A stretch of DNA of 62,839 nucleotides, the filler included, from Choristocarpus tenellus KU-1152 (taxonomy: Eukaryota > Protista > Phaeophyceae): assembly GCA_964200185.2 (NCBI GenBank). It is 11 parts of 11 records of this genome, joined end to end, with 100 filler letters (N's around TTAATTAATTAA, not from the genome) between each part and the next. Parts side by side here need not be neighbours in the genome. Positions count along the whole stretch, not along the records: positions 20,203 to 36,600 come from CAXNAD020000834.1; positions 36,701 to 40,157 come from CAXNAD020019910.1; 9 more parts are not named here. One strand, 5' to 3'. The notes under the pieces are model-generated. The model worked only from the letters and a program-made list of their open reading frames with translations, was not told the DNA's origin and searched no databases. The translations under genes and the position numbers were made by a program. The stretch's first letter is position 1, and every line of letters starts with the position of its first letter. This document shows positions 26,301 to 39,556 of the stretch, one piece after another.

Positions 26301-29300
26301 ATTTCTTAGCCAGACTCCACAGCGGCAGTGGTTTGACCTCTTCTCCTGCTAACTCCTCTCTAGATTTGTTTCACAGAGACAAGATTCAGGGAAGCAACTA
26401 TGGAAGAGATAGAGACAGCAGAACAAAATTACTGTGAAAGAAACCGATCATGGTTTGGTATTGAAAATACACACTGTCAGCGGATTATGTATGTAATGGT
26501 GTATCTTACAACGTCATACCGATTCATTGGTACCCTCAATGCCTGGTTGGAGGGCAGATTCGTCCTCGAATCTAGTGCATTGCCGATTTTTGACTATAAT
26601 TCTCCATGACCAGGATACCGGATGATCCAATTGAAGGTAAAAAGTTGAGGAAAGGTCAAGTGTGGGGCTAGAGCATATGTAATAGATATGTAGAATGCCA
26701 ACTAGGCCCGTTCTAAAGCAGATCGTTGTCAATATTACACCTAAGAGTTAAGAAATACAATTTTAAAAAGACTTAAAACATTCTTGAAACTTTAATAAAC
26801 CCCTGAGCTACCTAGAAAAGTAGTCGGCCGAAAGCTTTCTCGGTAGCTCAGAAGTATACTTAAGTTGCAACAATGAATACAACAGCAGTATCACCTGTCC
26901 ATAAGAGTGCCTTGTTCTAAACAGTATAACTCACGAAGAAAAAATCTGAAGAGTCTAAACAAAATACACTGCAAACAAAATTGTTAGAACATATCAAAAT
27001 AAAACAAATATATATATAAATATATTACTTTGTACAAGAAACATTTCACATAGGGGCAGGGAGAGGGATACACGTTACAATCAATTAACGTACCAAAAAA
27101 GAAAAGGTACAGCATCTGCTAAGCTACAGCAATCAGCAATTCAGATCTTCCCTGATCTTGTTCAGCAGGACATGATTATTGTGAAGGAAACCACTCACAG
27201 TTGAGTGGGAAGACCATCATAGTGTCCCGCCACACAACATCCTTCTCACAACAGCAATCGTTCATAATTCTTGAATCCCTTTGGCGTCCACTGATCAAAA
27301 TCCCGATATTTCATACTCTGCAAAGCAGTACTGTAGCTAGTACGTACCTCACTGGATTGCTCATCCTCATTTGCATTTCCCTCCCCCTCCCCCTCCTGTT
27401 CAATACTCTCTGCAGACGACAACCTCACAATCACCGCAGGGGGTAGGGGACCATCCGATGAGCTTCCATCATCCTCCTCCTCCTCCTCCTCCTCCTCCTC
27501 CTCCTCCACTCCATCCCCAGAGAAACCTTCCTCTTCCTCTTCTTCTCCTTCCCCAACGCTCCCTTCACCAGTACATCCTCCCCTCTGATCCCGGAAACCC
27601 TCCCTCCTTGATCCCCCCTGTTCATATCCAATATCTTCATCATTATCATTCTCGTCCTCATCATACACGTCATCTCCTCCACTGATGTTGCTGTCAAGGG
27701 CTTCTCCTTCCCCCTCCTCCACCCCAAGCCCATTATCCTCACTGGCTCCTTCATCCTCCTCCTCTTCCTCCTCCTCCTCTTCCTCATCAACCACATCCTA
27801 ATATTAGATGTTGAACATAAGGGGGTGGGGGGGGGACACTGGATTCTTCAACAATATGTCGAAAGCTCCATCTATAGCAGACCATGACATCATTTCCAAT
27901 ACCATCAAGAATCATACACACTATCTATGGTATAAAATCTGCCTAAGTATCTTGGGGAGTATCAACCTCGATTTCCACTTAAGAGCTCATGAAAAACCCT
28001 CTCTGCAAACAGCACAAAACAAAATACTTGACCATATACTCTGTATGTACTACATAGAATACCATATGTTTCACAACTCTCCACTATTCAAGGCCCTTCA
28101 ACAGACAGTACAGTGACAATCATAAAGGAGGAGAGTCAGCACAGATTTTCACTCTCCATCCCGTATCAATCATCAGCATTTGGTCCAAGTAGTTACCACA
28201 GCAGTCACAATTATTGAGTCTAGGTTGCTTTGAGGACTGTAGCTCATGAAACAAAAACACACTCCTTCTATAGCCATTTCACAGCTATCCTCCTCCTCGT
28301 TCTTGTTCCTGCCTTACTTCATATTTCTCAAGTATTGTGTTACTGCCTTTTCACTGGCTACCTTTTGATCACAGGTTAGGGATCCAAAACACTACTGCGA
28401 AGAATGTTACTCCTGCAGACATAAAAAATATATCATAAATGCTTATCACATGCAAATTCACTCCGTACATCCTTGTTCAGTCTAGTTTGGTTCACTGCGC
28501 TGCACAGTCTATTGTAACAAAGCTTGTAGTGACAAAACTCATGGGGTACATCATATATTGCACTCAATATCCAGTATGAATGCATATTTCTTTGACTTTT
28601 TCTAAGAATCACTTCTGAGCAATAGCACATCTTTTCATCTATTAAAACGACCACCCACTCACTGCCACCCTACTCTCTACATGATGAAACCCTATCCCTG
28701 CACTGCACAATAGAAGTACTACACTTTTTGCAATATATTTGCAATACCAATAATATACAATCACCGCATCCTTCATAAACTGATCTCTTCAAATCAATCG
28801 CCACTCTCTGAAAATAATATCTCTGTGCTACATTCAATCCTCCCACTGTCAGCAAAACCTCCAAACCTACCTGTTCGTCAACAATCTCAACATCAAATTT
28901 TCCTCTACTTCAAACACAATCTTTTCACTTCTTGCCGCCTGTTAAAGTCGCCAATGTTCTATTTCTAACTATCATGAACTTCTTTAAAAAATATATTTGA
29001 TATAAAAATTGCAGGCGCGAAAGGGGGCTCTACATAATCGCAGATAACCACACCTGATTCTCATTTCCATCAGCCTCTTCCACCGAAAACATCACCCCAG
29101 CTGGAAGAACTTCCTCATCTTCCTCATCCTCCTCATCTTCTTCCTCCTCCTCCATGTCTTGAAGATCCCCTTCCCCCCTCCAGCCCCCACCTCCATCTAA
29201 CTCTTCCTCCTCCTCCTCCTCCTCCTCCTCCTCCTCTTCCTCCATGGCTGCACCCGCTGCACCACCAGAGGATTCCCATTGCCTGTGTAAAGGAGAGGGT

Positions 29301-30622
29301 TGGATATCACTACAATCACAGGTAGAAATTACAGAAACAGCACAAGAGCAAGACAATCAATCCATCCAGCCTGGTTTGAACATATGTCCATGACGGCATG
29401 GGAAACACTGTTGCAGCGAGACTTAACTAGCACAACAAGAGGGAAAACAATATCTCAATGATGAGGCGTTGCTTAAGAACATGTAAGCGGCTCAACAGCG
29501 CTTTGTTTTTCTTTTTTAAATCAGAAGACAAGTCAGTCAAAAATCAAAACAAATCAGGACAGCTAGGGAAATGCGTCACTAGTTGGGAATTTTCTTGCCA
29601 GTTGGCGAGATGGCTGCAAGAAGTCAGATTGGACAGGAGTAGATACAGAATAACATGAGAGCAGTGCCTTTTCTTTTTGTCGAATAATGACCATTTTTTG
29701 ATACAACTTGCCAATGTATTGTTCTTCAACACTCAAAATGGAAGCTTTTCATTTGTACAAAAAAAAAAGGTTTGCTTGCTTACAAAATTGAAGTAAGGAA
29801 GAGAGGATTTAGATATACAATTAAGGGAATGTGGAGGTTCAGTTAGGGTTGACAATATTCTTGGTTAAAAAGTTGAAGCAAGGAGGAGAGGATTGAGATA
29901 CACATTTCAGGGCATGTAGGGGTTCGTTCAGGGTTTGACAATTTTCTTGCTTACAAAGTTGAAGCAAGGAGAGGATTGAGATACACATTTCAGGGCATGT
30001 AGGGGTTCATTCAGGGTTTGACAATTTTCTTGCTTACAAGGTTGAAGCAAGGAGAGGATTGAGATACACATTTCAGGGCATGTAGGGGTTGATGCCAGGG
30101 TTGGGGTTATACTGGGAAATTGGGATACAGCAGAGAAAATTAAAAAGTTAGGAAGGACCACCCCAAAATTTGTGTATGACATATGAGGGTTTGTTTACTA
30201 GGGCACTGAAACAATCCTTCAGATCAGGGAGTGATGTTATGTTTATTGTTCAGAGTTTCAAGTATATTGATGTCTCAGAAGGCACAGAATACCAATAGAT
30301 GCCAAGCATTAGATTGGGGTGACATATTGCATATAGTCGATGTGTTCACAGCAAAAGTAGTTGAGGCGTGGAAAGGTTGGGCTGAGGTGGAAATTCTAAA
30401 TTCAACGTTTGAGACATGGGACTGAATCAACCATGAGTGCATACAATCAATTAGTGATAAAGAAGGCAAACTGATCATTTATCAAGTTGGATCCTCAAGC
30501 GAATAGAAGCAAGAGTACAGTATACGACAGAAATAACACCGCTATCGTACTCACGGAAGGGTAAATCCAGCGTCAAAGTCTTCCTCAATGTCCTCGTCTC
30601 TATATCCAGGAGATGTATTCAT
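20320..30622 (-). CDS. Large multi-exon acidic (poly-Glu) and Gly-rich hypothetical protein, 3' partial
   Basis: In-frame GT-AG exons: 30622-~30554 (MNTSPGYRDEDIEE), ~29282-29054, ~27797-27250, ~26109-26053 (SSIGRGNLIAVLDRIDLDV), ~24583-24101. Further likely exons near 22545-22400, 21305-21134, 20740-20593 and 20430-20320; middle junctions uncertain. Confidence 0.65.
21410..21670 (+). repeat. Degenerate ~30-bp minisatellite (ATTGGTTCAATGTGAAATA core), intronic
   Basis: Core recurs near 21412, 21473, 21503, 21531, 21560, 21591, 21621 and 21654. Confidence 0.7.
22215..22395 (+). repeat. ~40-bp tandem repeat (AATGTAYGCCCACAC...)
   Basis: Units near 22216, 22293, 22335 and 22377. Confidence 0.75.
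29775..30090 (+). repeat. ~83-bp tandem repeat, about 4 copies, intronic
   Basis: TTGCTTACAAAGTTGAAGCAAGGAGAGGATTGAGATACACATTTCAGGGCATGTAGGGGTT repeated head to tail. Confidence 0.9.
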
Positions 30623-31719
30623 GGTCTGCTCCCTAATGCCAAGGCGGGGACAAAATTACCCCTTGTTCCCTGCCACTCGGGGGTGCTCTACCTGTTTCCT
30701 AATGTTACAGCCCTTTCCTTGGTACAGAAAAGGAAATAGGTCAGCAGGGTAAATTCGTACCAACACGGGAGGGGAATGGTCCAGTGGTCTGTCAGACCAT
30801 TGGTAAACTGAGGAACTCCATCAAGTGTACCTGGGGACTTGACCATTCTTTGTCAGATTTCACCTTTCTTTGTCAATGTGCAATACCAGGCATGTGTATC
30901 TCATCATTTGTAATATCAAGGGGGTGTATTGGCGTATGTTGCTTTATGCTCATAATTCTGCTTCAAATCGAGTATGATTTCTAAAAATGGACATATACTT
31001 CAAATCATACAATTGTACATAGATTAAAAATGTATTTATCATGCACATAGACAAATCTGCAATTTCGCTATACCTCCACATCAACTACTGAATTAGTATG
31101 ATCTGTCCCATCGATATAAGAACCCTGAATTCTAGGCTACAGGACCAAGCATGAAGTATTCTAGGTAACTTTAGGTCTAACATTCTTTCAAGTGCATACC
31201 CTTGGCTCCTCACTGTGTCTGCAATTGGACACAAGCATGCTCTCTAGCTCACAGACATCCAAGAGTATATATGTGCACACGTGTGTGTTTCGAATTCAAC
31301 CAAGAAATGCAAATGCATCATCTCAATTGATGAAAGTAAGGGCAATCAATCCTCGGACATTCGCAAAAAATGTTTTTATCTTGTAAATTGCGGATGCTGT
31401 TCAACAAAGAACAAAGCATGTGCAAAACATGTTGTAGTATACAAAAAGCAGACACCGCATGAACTTGTCAACCCTAATTCCTAGCCGTAGCCCTTACTAA
31501 CCCTAGTAGCTAATGCTAGTACCAAAGGGAACCAAGGAGGAAAGATATAGAGTAGGGTCCAAGCTAGGTAAATGTGTAAACAATATAACTCAACGGTAGA
31601 CACATTGATCACCATGTAGGCTGAGGGACACAAGTAAGACCAAAGGAGAACACGAAGTGTTATGTTTTACATTATAGTGGGTAGGATGTGGTTCGATCCC
31701 TACAATGATACAGCATTCA

Positions 31720-32900
31720 TGAAACGCTTAAGCCCATGCCACTACTAACCCAATGAACCATGACATACCTAATGCACCACCCAAATAACTGGCACAAACA
31801 ATATCCAAACAAGGATTTGTAGTACAGTAAAAGTGTCGGAACAAGCATGAAATTCCACATAAGATGGAGATCTGAGGCATCTAAGGATCTCATTGGAAGG
31901 CGTAGATAGAAGAAAGGGGTTCCGGGAGGGGGTGCGGGAGCAGTATCTAGATATTTTAGACAATCCATCGTAAAAATGCGGTAAAGCACCTATCCAAAAA
32001 AGATTGAAATCTGAAGCATCCAGAGGCCTCATCAATGACATAGACAGCAGAGAGGGGATGCCGGAGGAACACCAACACATACTGGACAACCCAGTGTAAA
32101 GAAACCAGTTACAAGCATCAGAGGGGAGGTCGGATACAGAGTTGTCATCATCAACACCCAACAGGAGATTGACCGGTCGAGGCGCCAACCAAGATCACAG
32201 CACCACTCCAACATCTGCATACTTCGACCACACGACCGACGCTGATTCTAAAGGTATTGAATACCTGGAAGGTGGCATTTATTGACTGCGGCCACATAAC
32301 AGACAGTTGTACGTGCTACCCACCCAAACCCAAGTATGTATCGCATCAGTTTTTGCCAACTTCCCCAACACTCGGGCTCTTCTCGATAAGGGTAAGAAGG
32401 GGAACAGGAATCCTCCCACTTCTTCAGTCTTCGTTCCGTCCCAAAAAGGGCACGAAATTGCTCTCCATTCATCTCTTGCCTCCAAAACTAACCACCTTAG
32501 GGAACGGATAAGTGGTACGGTAGGTACTTCGCCCTTGCCTGGGACGCACTTGAGACGCCGACATAAATCAAAGACCACATATTTCCTCCCCGCACTACCA
32601 CTGACTCAATAGTCTAGCAAGGGTGGAGGGTATAAAGCAACATCCTGCGGCAGAATACTTGTTGTTTGGGGTCTTCCACTGATGTGTCCATATCAAGGGT
32701 GGCGGCGTTCAATCGTTGCTTGATCATTACAGTACCCATCAGTTCGTCTCCATGGTATATCGGCAGGACAAGATCATCCCGGGAGTCGATAGGACAAAAA
32801 TAAGAAGATAACAACTACCCACCTGGCAGGTGGGGATGGCGAAATGTCCAGGAGAAAGTGAATCCTGCTTCGTGCTCTAGGGATGCCCAAGAAGTTCACG
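31720..32900 (-). pseudogene. Decayed gene with ankyrin-like repeats
   Basis: GFGWVARTTVCYVAAVNKCHLPGIQYL*...MQMLEWCCDLGW resembles the W..TC..AA..GHL..LQYL...G ankyrin type; stops are present. Confidence 0.3.
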
Positions 32901-33950
32901 CCCTAGTGGCCGTTCGAAGCACCACTTGCCTGGCTCGAAGGTTACTTCGAATTCGCTAGCTTCTGGACGAACATTTGGATGCGTTTGAGGAAAGGGAGAA
33001 AACCTCTAATTTGGGCTTTGTACCCTGAAACAAAGCGACGATAAGGTTGGTTGGGTGTGATGAGGGAAGTGATCCCGTAGGCCCAATACGTGCAAATGCG
33101 GTATAATGTGGAAAATGTTCAAATTATTGAGTGCATTTGTTACAAATATAGATCAGAGTTGGGGTTGGTCCCTGTAGCCCATGAACGGTTAGTGAAGGTG
33201 TCGATCGAGGCTCCTGCTGTTAACGTACCCTGTGCTGTTTTTTCGTTCTCTGCGTGGCTGGTCCCGCGGGAGTTGTAACATTATGGTATTATGCAGGAGT
33301 AATAGTAGTTGCATTCGTTTGCGGTCATGTCCTCGTTGGTGCTGGTCGACGATCCACATGTGTCTTACCCTACCCAGGATGTCCGTGCAGTTGTGTCGAG
33401 GTGGGTTATTCGATTTTATAGATATACTAAGGGATTGGTGGAAGATTCGTTCCTAGCCATTCGACACTTAGACGACAGGAGACTGTCAACTCCGATGTTG
33501 AAGAGTAGGTTATCTATCACATGTATCGAAGTCAATTTCCCTGTGCACTCGCAATGGCACCTACAAAGTTAGTGGAAAAAATTATAAAGGTGGGACAATA
33601 GAGGAATCGAGAAGGATAGAAGCACCTCCCAGCGTTGAAAGTGGTCGTGTAGTGGTTGCACTTAAGAGTTCAGTATGATATGTTGTCTGCAGTTTTAGGC
33701 TCACCACCCTCATCCCCTCTCAGTTTATGTCATTCCCTTCAATCTGCTTGCCATTGCAATGCCTTATATGCCTTCAATCCATCTCTGCAGCAAACACTTA
33801 TGACAATCCTCAGCCGTCAAACTCTTCCACTCATTGGTGACTTCATCTCCAACGTCAATCCCCGTCCAAGAACTCCAGATCTCCAATTCTTATCCTTGCA
33901 TTTTCAGATCCCGATATTTATAATTCCTCAATAGCAGTTAAACTCTTAGC

Positions 33951-34598
33951 ATGTGCGTTCCCACTTCAAATCCAGGTGCCACTGGCTTTGCTTCTCAATG
34001 CCCTAGCGACATCGAGAATGCATTCCGACATCATCTCCTTAGGAGAAGTCGACCCTTTCGATCCTCACGTAACACTTTGACAAGCTTTTCGAACAAGGCA
34101 TCCTGTAAGATCCCATCAGGATATGAGGAGGCCTATGCGGATATCAACTCCGCTATGGGAAGTGGGGGGCTTGTGCGTCCTTGTGGAGGTGTCCTCGTCT
34201 GGGGTATTGAGGGGGGGTTCATGAAAGCAAAGACAAAGATCCATTCCCGCCTGGGAGAGAGCTCAGATATGAACCGAATGGGGTTAGAAGGAAAGGTAGA
34301 GTTGAAAAATACAGAAGGTTTAGTGGAGAAGATGAGCGTGGAGGGTGGTATAGCAAAGGGAAGTGACGTGGGGTTTTCATCGCTGGAGGCGTGGGCGAAT
34401 TCATGTGAAGACGGGGCAGCGAACTCTTGGCTAGCTGATGAGACCGATCTTTGTTCAAATATTCGAGAGACAGTTGAGAGCGGTATTGGAGAGAGGGGAA
34501 ACAGGGAGGATTCTCTGGGATGGGACACAGAGCAAGAGGCACCGGTAGAGGAGTTGATGTTGAGGGGAAGGCGTGTGCTAGTGAAGAGAGATGATAAG
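33951..34598 (+). CDS. First exon of a putative PLP-dependent D-cysteine desulfhydrase / ACC deaminase family protein with a long N-terminal extension
   Basis: 216-codon exon ending EAPVEELMLRGRRVLVKRDDK|gtgagt, which matches the family N-terminal TP.EEL....G..V.VKRDD motif. The expected SGNK.RK exon was not found in the contig. Confidence 0.45.
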
Positions 34599-35238
34599 GT
34601 GAGTCAGGATTATGTTGGTTTTTTCTTCTGGACGATGTGCAATGATAATTTTGAGAAAAAGAGTCAAGGGTGTTTATGTGTGCAAATCTCTTGTCCTGAA
34701 GTATGTACCCTAAAGTAGTTTGCAGGAAGTAATTTATGAATATCCTGACACGTACTTTTTGAATGCCCATTGCAATAGTTTCAATTCTACAATGTGTCGG
34801 CAGTTGTTTGGACCCTGGTCCTATCACTAACCCTAACCTAGGTGTGTGTACAAATCAATGTTTTGAAGTATTACATGCTTCTTGGGTTTTTATGTATATA
34901 TATGTAAACCTTGATCCTAACCTATAATCCTGACCTTTTTGATGTACCTATATGTACAGTATAGATGAAATTGCACATTTCTGAGAATTGTGCGATTGTG
35001 TATATTGGTTATCTTCTAAAATCTATTCCATAATGTGCTAACCAATGAAACAGATTGAAAATGTTACTCCCTCTTTTAATTTTATATTATACATTTTAAT
35101 AGTAGTATCTGTAGTAATTGGACAGTGGGGATATGACCTACAACTCCCCAGTATAAGTTCTTCAGGAGTATATTCAAGTTCAAAGGATCGTTCATTACAA
35201 AGTCTCGTCAGGACTCATTCAAGATGTATGTGTATACT

Positions 35239-35271
35239 CTAACCCTGGCCCTAACCCTAACCCTAACCCTA
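35239..35271 (+). repeat. Interstitial telomere-like (CCCTAA)n
   Basis: CTAACCCTGGCCCTAACCCTAACCCTAACCCTAA; similar short TTAGGG tracts at ~7389-7415 and ~56480-56503. Confidence 0.7.
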
Positions 35272-35443
35272 AGTGTTCCAACATGGAAGTCTAGGTATGC
35301 AGTGCACTGTATTGTGGTACCGTACACTAGCCCAATCTCCTTGAGGCCTGTTATCTGAGTATTAAACCACAAAGAATAGCAACGAATGGACAAACAAACA
35401 AAAAAATGGAAGAGAACCTTGAACATATCAAGAAAGAGTCCAA

Positions 35444-35915
35444 CCAGGTGTACCGATCAGTTGCAACTTGGAACGAAAAACCGATACCAAGGTTTAATTC
35501 AGCCCAGGTGTACCGGTCGGTTCCAACATAGAACGAAATCCGGTACCAGGCTTCAGTTCTGCCCAGGTGTACCGGTTGGTTCCAACATAGAACGAAAACC
35601 GGTACCAAGCTTCAGTTCTGACCAGGTGTACCGGTCAGTTCCAATATGGAACGAAAAACCGATACCAACCTTCAGTTCTGCCAAGTGTACCTATCAGTTC
35701 CACCATGGAACGAAAAACCGGCACCAAGGTTCAGTTCAGCCCAGGTGTACCGGTCGGTTCCAAAGTGGAACGAAAAACCGATACCAAGGTTCAGTTCAGC
35801 CCAGGTGTACCGGTGGGTTCCAACGTAGAACGAAAAACCGGTACCAAGGTTCAGTTCAGCCCAGGTGTACCGATCGGTTCCAATGCGGACCAAAACCGGT
35901 ACCAAGATTCAGTTT
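35444..35915 (+). repeat. 59-60-bp minisatellite, 8 copies, each internally palindromic
   Basis: CCAGGTGTACC unit starts at 35444, 35504, 35563, 35622, 35681, 35741, 35801 and 35861. Confidence 0.95.
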
Positions 35916-36246
35916 GGCTCACCCGCCCATCCGCTTTTCAGAACAAGAAAGAGACTTCAAGTTGAAACACGACGGCGGAGGAGGACAGGAAGAGAAGGAG
36001 AACAGAAAGAAAGTGAAGAAATACTTCCATGTAGGCTTTCCCCTGGTGTTGGGCAAGGAGAGTCTACCAACCGGAACCATGACAGGCGAGAAAAACAAGC
36101 AGCAAACAGCGGGTAGGAAGTCTTGACCAATCAACAAGTTCGTTGTGTTATGTCATTCGTAGGTGAACTTCTTGACTCCTGTTGCCACACAGGTTTGTAC
36201 TTCCCACCCCCAAAAAATCTAAAATTATATATACATAATATGTATC

Positions 36247-36283
<37 letters not shown>

Positions 36284-37176
36284 GTGTTCAGATTCATGCA
36301 GGCTGGCAATGAGGGCTGAAGTGGTGTTACTGGGGTCCCTCCCACACCCATTTGACGTGTTGAAGATGAAAAAGAAAACTAAGGAGATAGCCGACTCTCA
36401 TGTGAGTGGGTTCGTCACCTTGGCATTGTTTGAAGCAGGGCGTTGTTCACAGAAACCCTCTCGGCCAGAAAAAAAATTGCCAGAGTATGGTCCTGGAGAG
36501 TGGACTGGTCAGCCTCTCGTGGAACATTTTTATTTACTACGTTTGATAGTATTTTAACAGGGCTGTGTTTTATATTGGGTTGAGCAATCCCCTCCCACCC
36601 NNNNNNNNNNNNNNNNNNNNNNNNNNNNNNNNNNNNNNNNNNNNTTAATTAATTAANNNNNNNNNNNNNNNNNNNNNNNNNNNNNNNNNNNNNNNNNNNN
36701 GCAGTAGACTGGAGGGGTGAAGTGGTAGAGGGGTGAGGGCACAAGGGGGCCCTGGATGAACTGACAAGGGAGACATCTGCTGATGGCGTAAATAGAGCAT
36801 GTATGTCCAAAAAACCCTGTAAACTACCAGTTGTCAAATAGCTCATGATGGCCACGCTCTCGACACAAAATATGTCAGACAACACTTGATTGACTGCCAC
36901 AATCCAGATCACAACACCTCTATTACCAAAAAAACGTTTTCTACATGCAACAAGCATTCTAGAAGACAGCAAAAGAACAAGGCATACATTGAGGTTGTTG
37001 GCATCCGCAACCCCCCCCACCCCTGCCCCCCTCTACCACATTTTATTCAATCAATTTCAAATAACCATGAATTTCCCCCCCCATCTCAATATCATGCGTA
37101 TGATATAATTATGGTCCATACTGCGACATAGGTCTAAATAATATATTGTTCCTCCACACAGTTATGCCAGACAGCT

Positions 37177-39518
37177 TCAGGTGGGAAGGGGTGACACTAA
37201 CCCATCCCCATCAGTGATCTCACTGGTCTCATCCTGCCCCGCCTCATCCGAGGCAAACGTCTATAGACATCGACAACGCACACAAAAAGGGGGAAGGGGA
37301 CAGGACGGGACGGGAGGGGAGGGGGGCAGGAAATGAGAGGTAGCTCAACAAAGCGACTTACAGTGGGATCTGTGGGAGGCTTTACTGCAGGATGAGGCAA
37401 TGCCTGTTGTGAATGGGACGGGCAGCAATCTTTTGCCCTGGTTCTCTCTCACACCACACACACACCTGCCGAGGTTCCTTCTAACACCCCGCTGCATCAA
37501 ACACTATCAGGTACTTGCTTCTAGTCTAAACACATCACGCATTACACTACACAAAACAAACAAGCAAGCAAGCAAACGCCAACAAAGACATGCATGCAGT
37601 CCTTCCCCGCTAGTGACCCTCTCCAGTGCCCTCTTCCCCCATCTCACATCAGCAAACTCCCCAACCTCCACATCCTCAATGGGCTCACGGCAAACAGGAC
37701 ACATTCCTCGACGTTGCAGCAGTCTGTAAGCATCCTCCTTGCAAGCCAGGGAGTGCAGGCACGGGATGAACCTATGACATGACACCACCACCACCACAAA
37801 GAAAATTATATACACAATCCACAATCCACATATGGCGGGCATGTATTCACACCAAGCACGTTTCTGTGCCAATGTAGTATACACTCAATTGGGGACAAAT
37901 AAGAGGCCCGGTATCAGCAAATACATGTCCCGAAGTGACCATACACCTCGAGGCAAGCAGTGAACGCATGTGTACATTGGAGAGTTTCCAAGATACAATC
38001 GAGATCAAGACAAACCTCAACACTGTACTAGCCAAACACACAATCAATCAGTTGGTTACTGGGTCCAAACTGCAAACGGTTACCGCCTTCTGGAGGACTC
38101 TCCCACAGAACACCCAATAATTCCCCATCACCATACTCAAATCCTTGGAATGTACAGAGATATCTGGATTCCTTCCGTGTCCTACTGCTTTCACTTCTCC
38201 ACACACAAGGGCTACAGTCTCAATACTACCACTACCCTAACTCTAACAGCACTAGCGCACGCCCCATGCTAAACTATTCTTACAATAAATCGCCTTTCCC
38301 TGTATACAACTGTTCCCAAGGACACAATGATACCCACATTGAACAACACCTACACACGGAAAGTTCTTAACTCATTAACAGAAGACTCAGGCCATTGCTG
38401 ATTGGTCAGATGTCACTCCGGGACAAATCAGATGTTGGGGGCCATATCTCATACTTAAAAAGTCAGATTCTTGCACTGGATTTGAAATCCTCTTACCAAG
38501 CTAATCAAAGCACTACTCTTGTTCACTCCTTCATCGATGGCACCATAGTACATCACAATACATAGTCCTGCTGCACCTCATCGGTGCAAACTTTGTTGCA
38601 TTGGCTACACATACATCCATGTACTTAATGCAAATTGATGCTCTTGATCATTCTATCAATCTCTAACAATACCCCACCGATTTGTATCAAATATCTACCT
38701 TCAACATGAACAAAGGATTGACACCAGGTTCAACGAATTGGTTGTAGGGATAGAAAGGCACCTTGTGTTTGGAGGTTTAGTGAGGCAGATGCGACACGTT
38801 CGACTGGTGGCATCAGTCACAAACGTAGCCCGCCTTCCCAAGGTGGTCTCCAACCCCATCATCACGCTGCGAAGGTCTGATCGTTGCTGAGGCGCCTCAA
38901 TACAACACCTATTGAAAAAAAATCAAAAAATCAAACAGACTTTGAAATTCGACATGCCATGCATTTTGGCTGATCAATCTTACAGCGCTCATTCATTTCA
39001 CCGCAGCAAGAATAAGCCCCCAATCAACTACGTGCACCTGCGAGTCTTTTTCTCATCGTCACCCATGACACTCATAAAAAACTACAGATCGAGATCTCCT
39101 GCATCACAGTGCTAACAAAAAATAAAAACACACTACGACAAAGGCAAAAAGATGGGTAAAATACGCCTTTCATGCCCTTCTAGAAACATCAAGGACACAG
39201 GTATTGTAGTACATACATACAAACACCCCAAAGTACCTCATTCCCCCCCCAAAATAATGATAATATTTTCACACCTCTTTCCTCACCCGTGAGCAATAAC
39301 AGCAAGCTTCTCTGGCATGTTACCCGCCCAGACGATAGCCCCGTCCGCCAGAGCGCGTGCCTGTATCAGAAGTGATGCACGGACCCTGTTGACCATCCCC
39401 GCCGTTGCAACTGCTCCAAGAAGCAGTTCTACCATCACCACCCCCAAACTATTTTTGTTATCATTTTTCCACAGACATAGACACAGACACACAAAATCAA
39501 CAATGGTTTATGTTATGC

Positions 39519-39556
<38 letters not shown>

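Noticed and set aside
27371-27796. Poly-Pro and poly-Arg ORFs
   Set aside because: These are alternative frames of the (GAG)n poly-Glu exon.
35386-36126. CRISPR array, or a 246-aa repeat protein
   Set aside because: Units are similar along their whole length with no unique spacers or cas genes. The 59/60-bp period switches frame, so the ORF is likely incidental.
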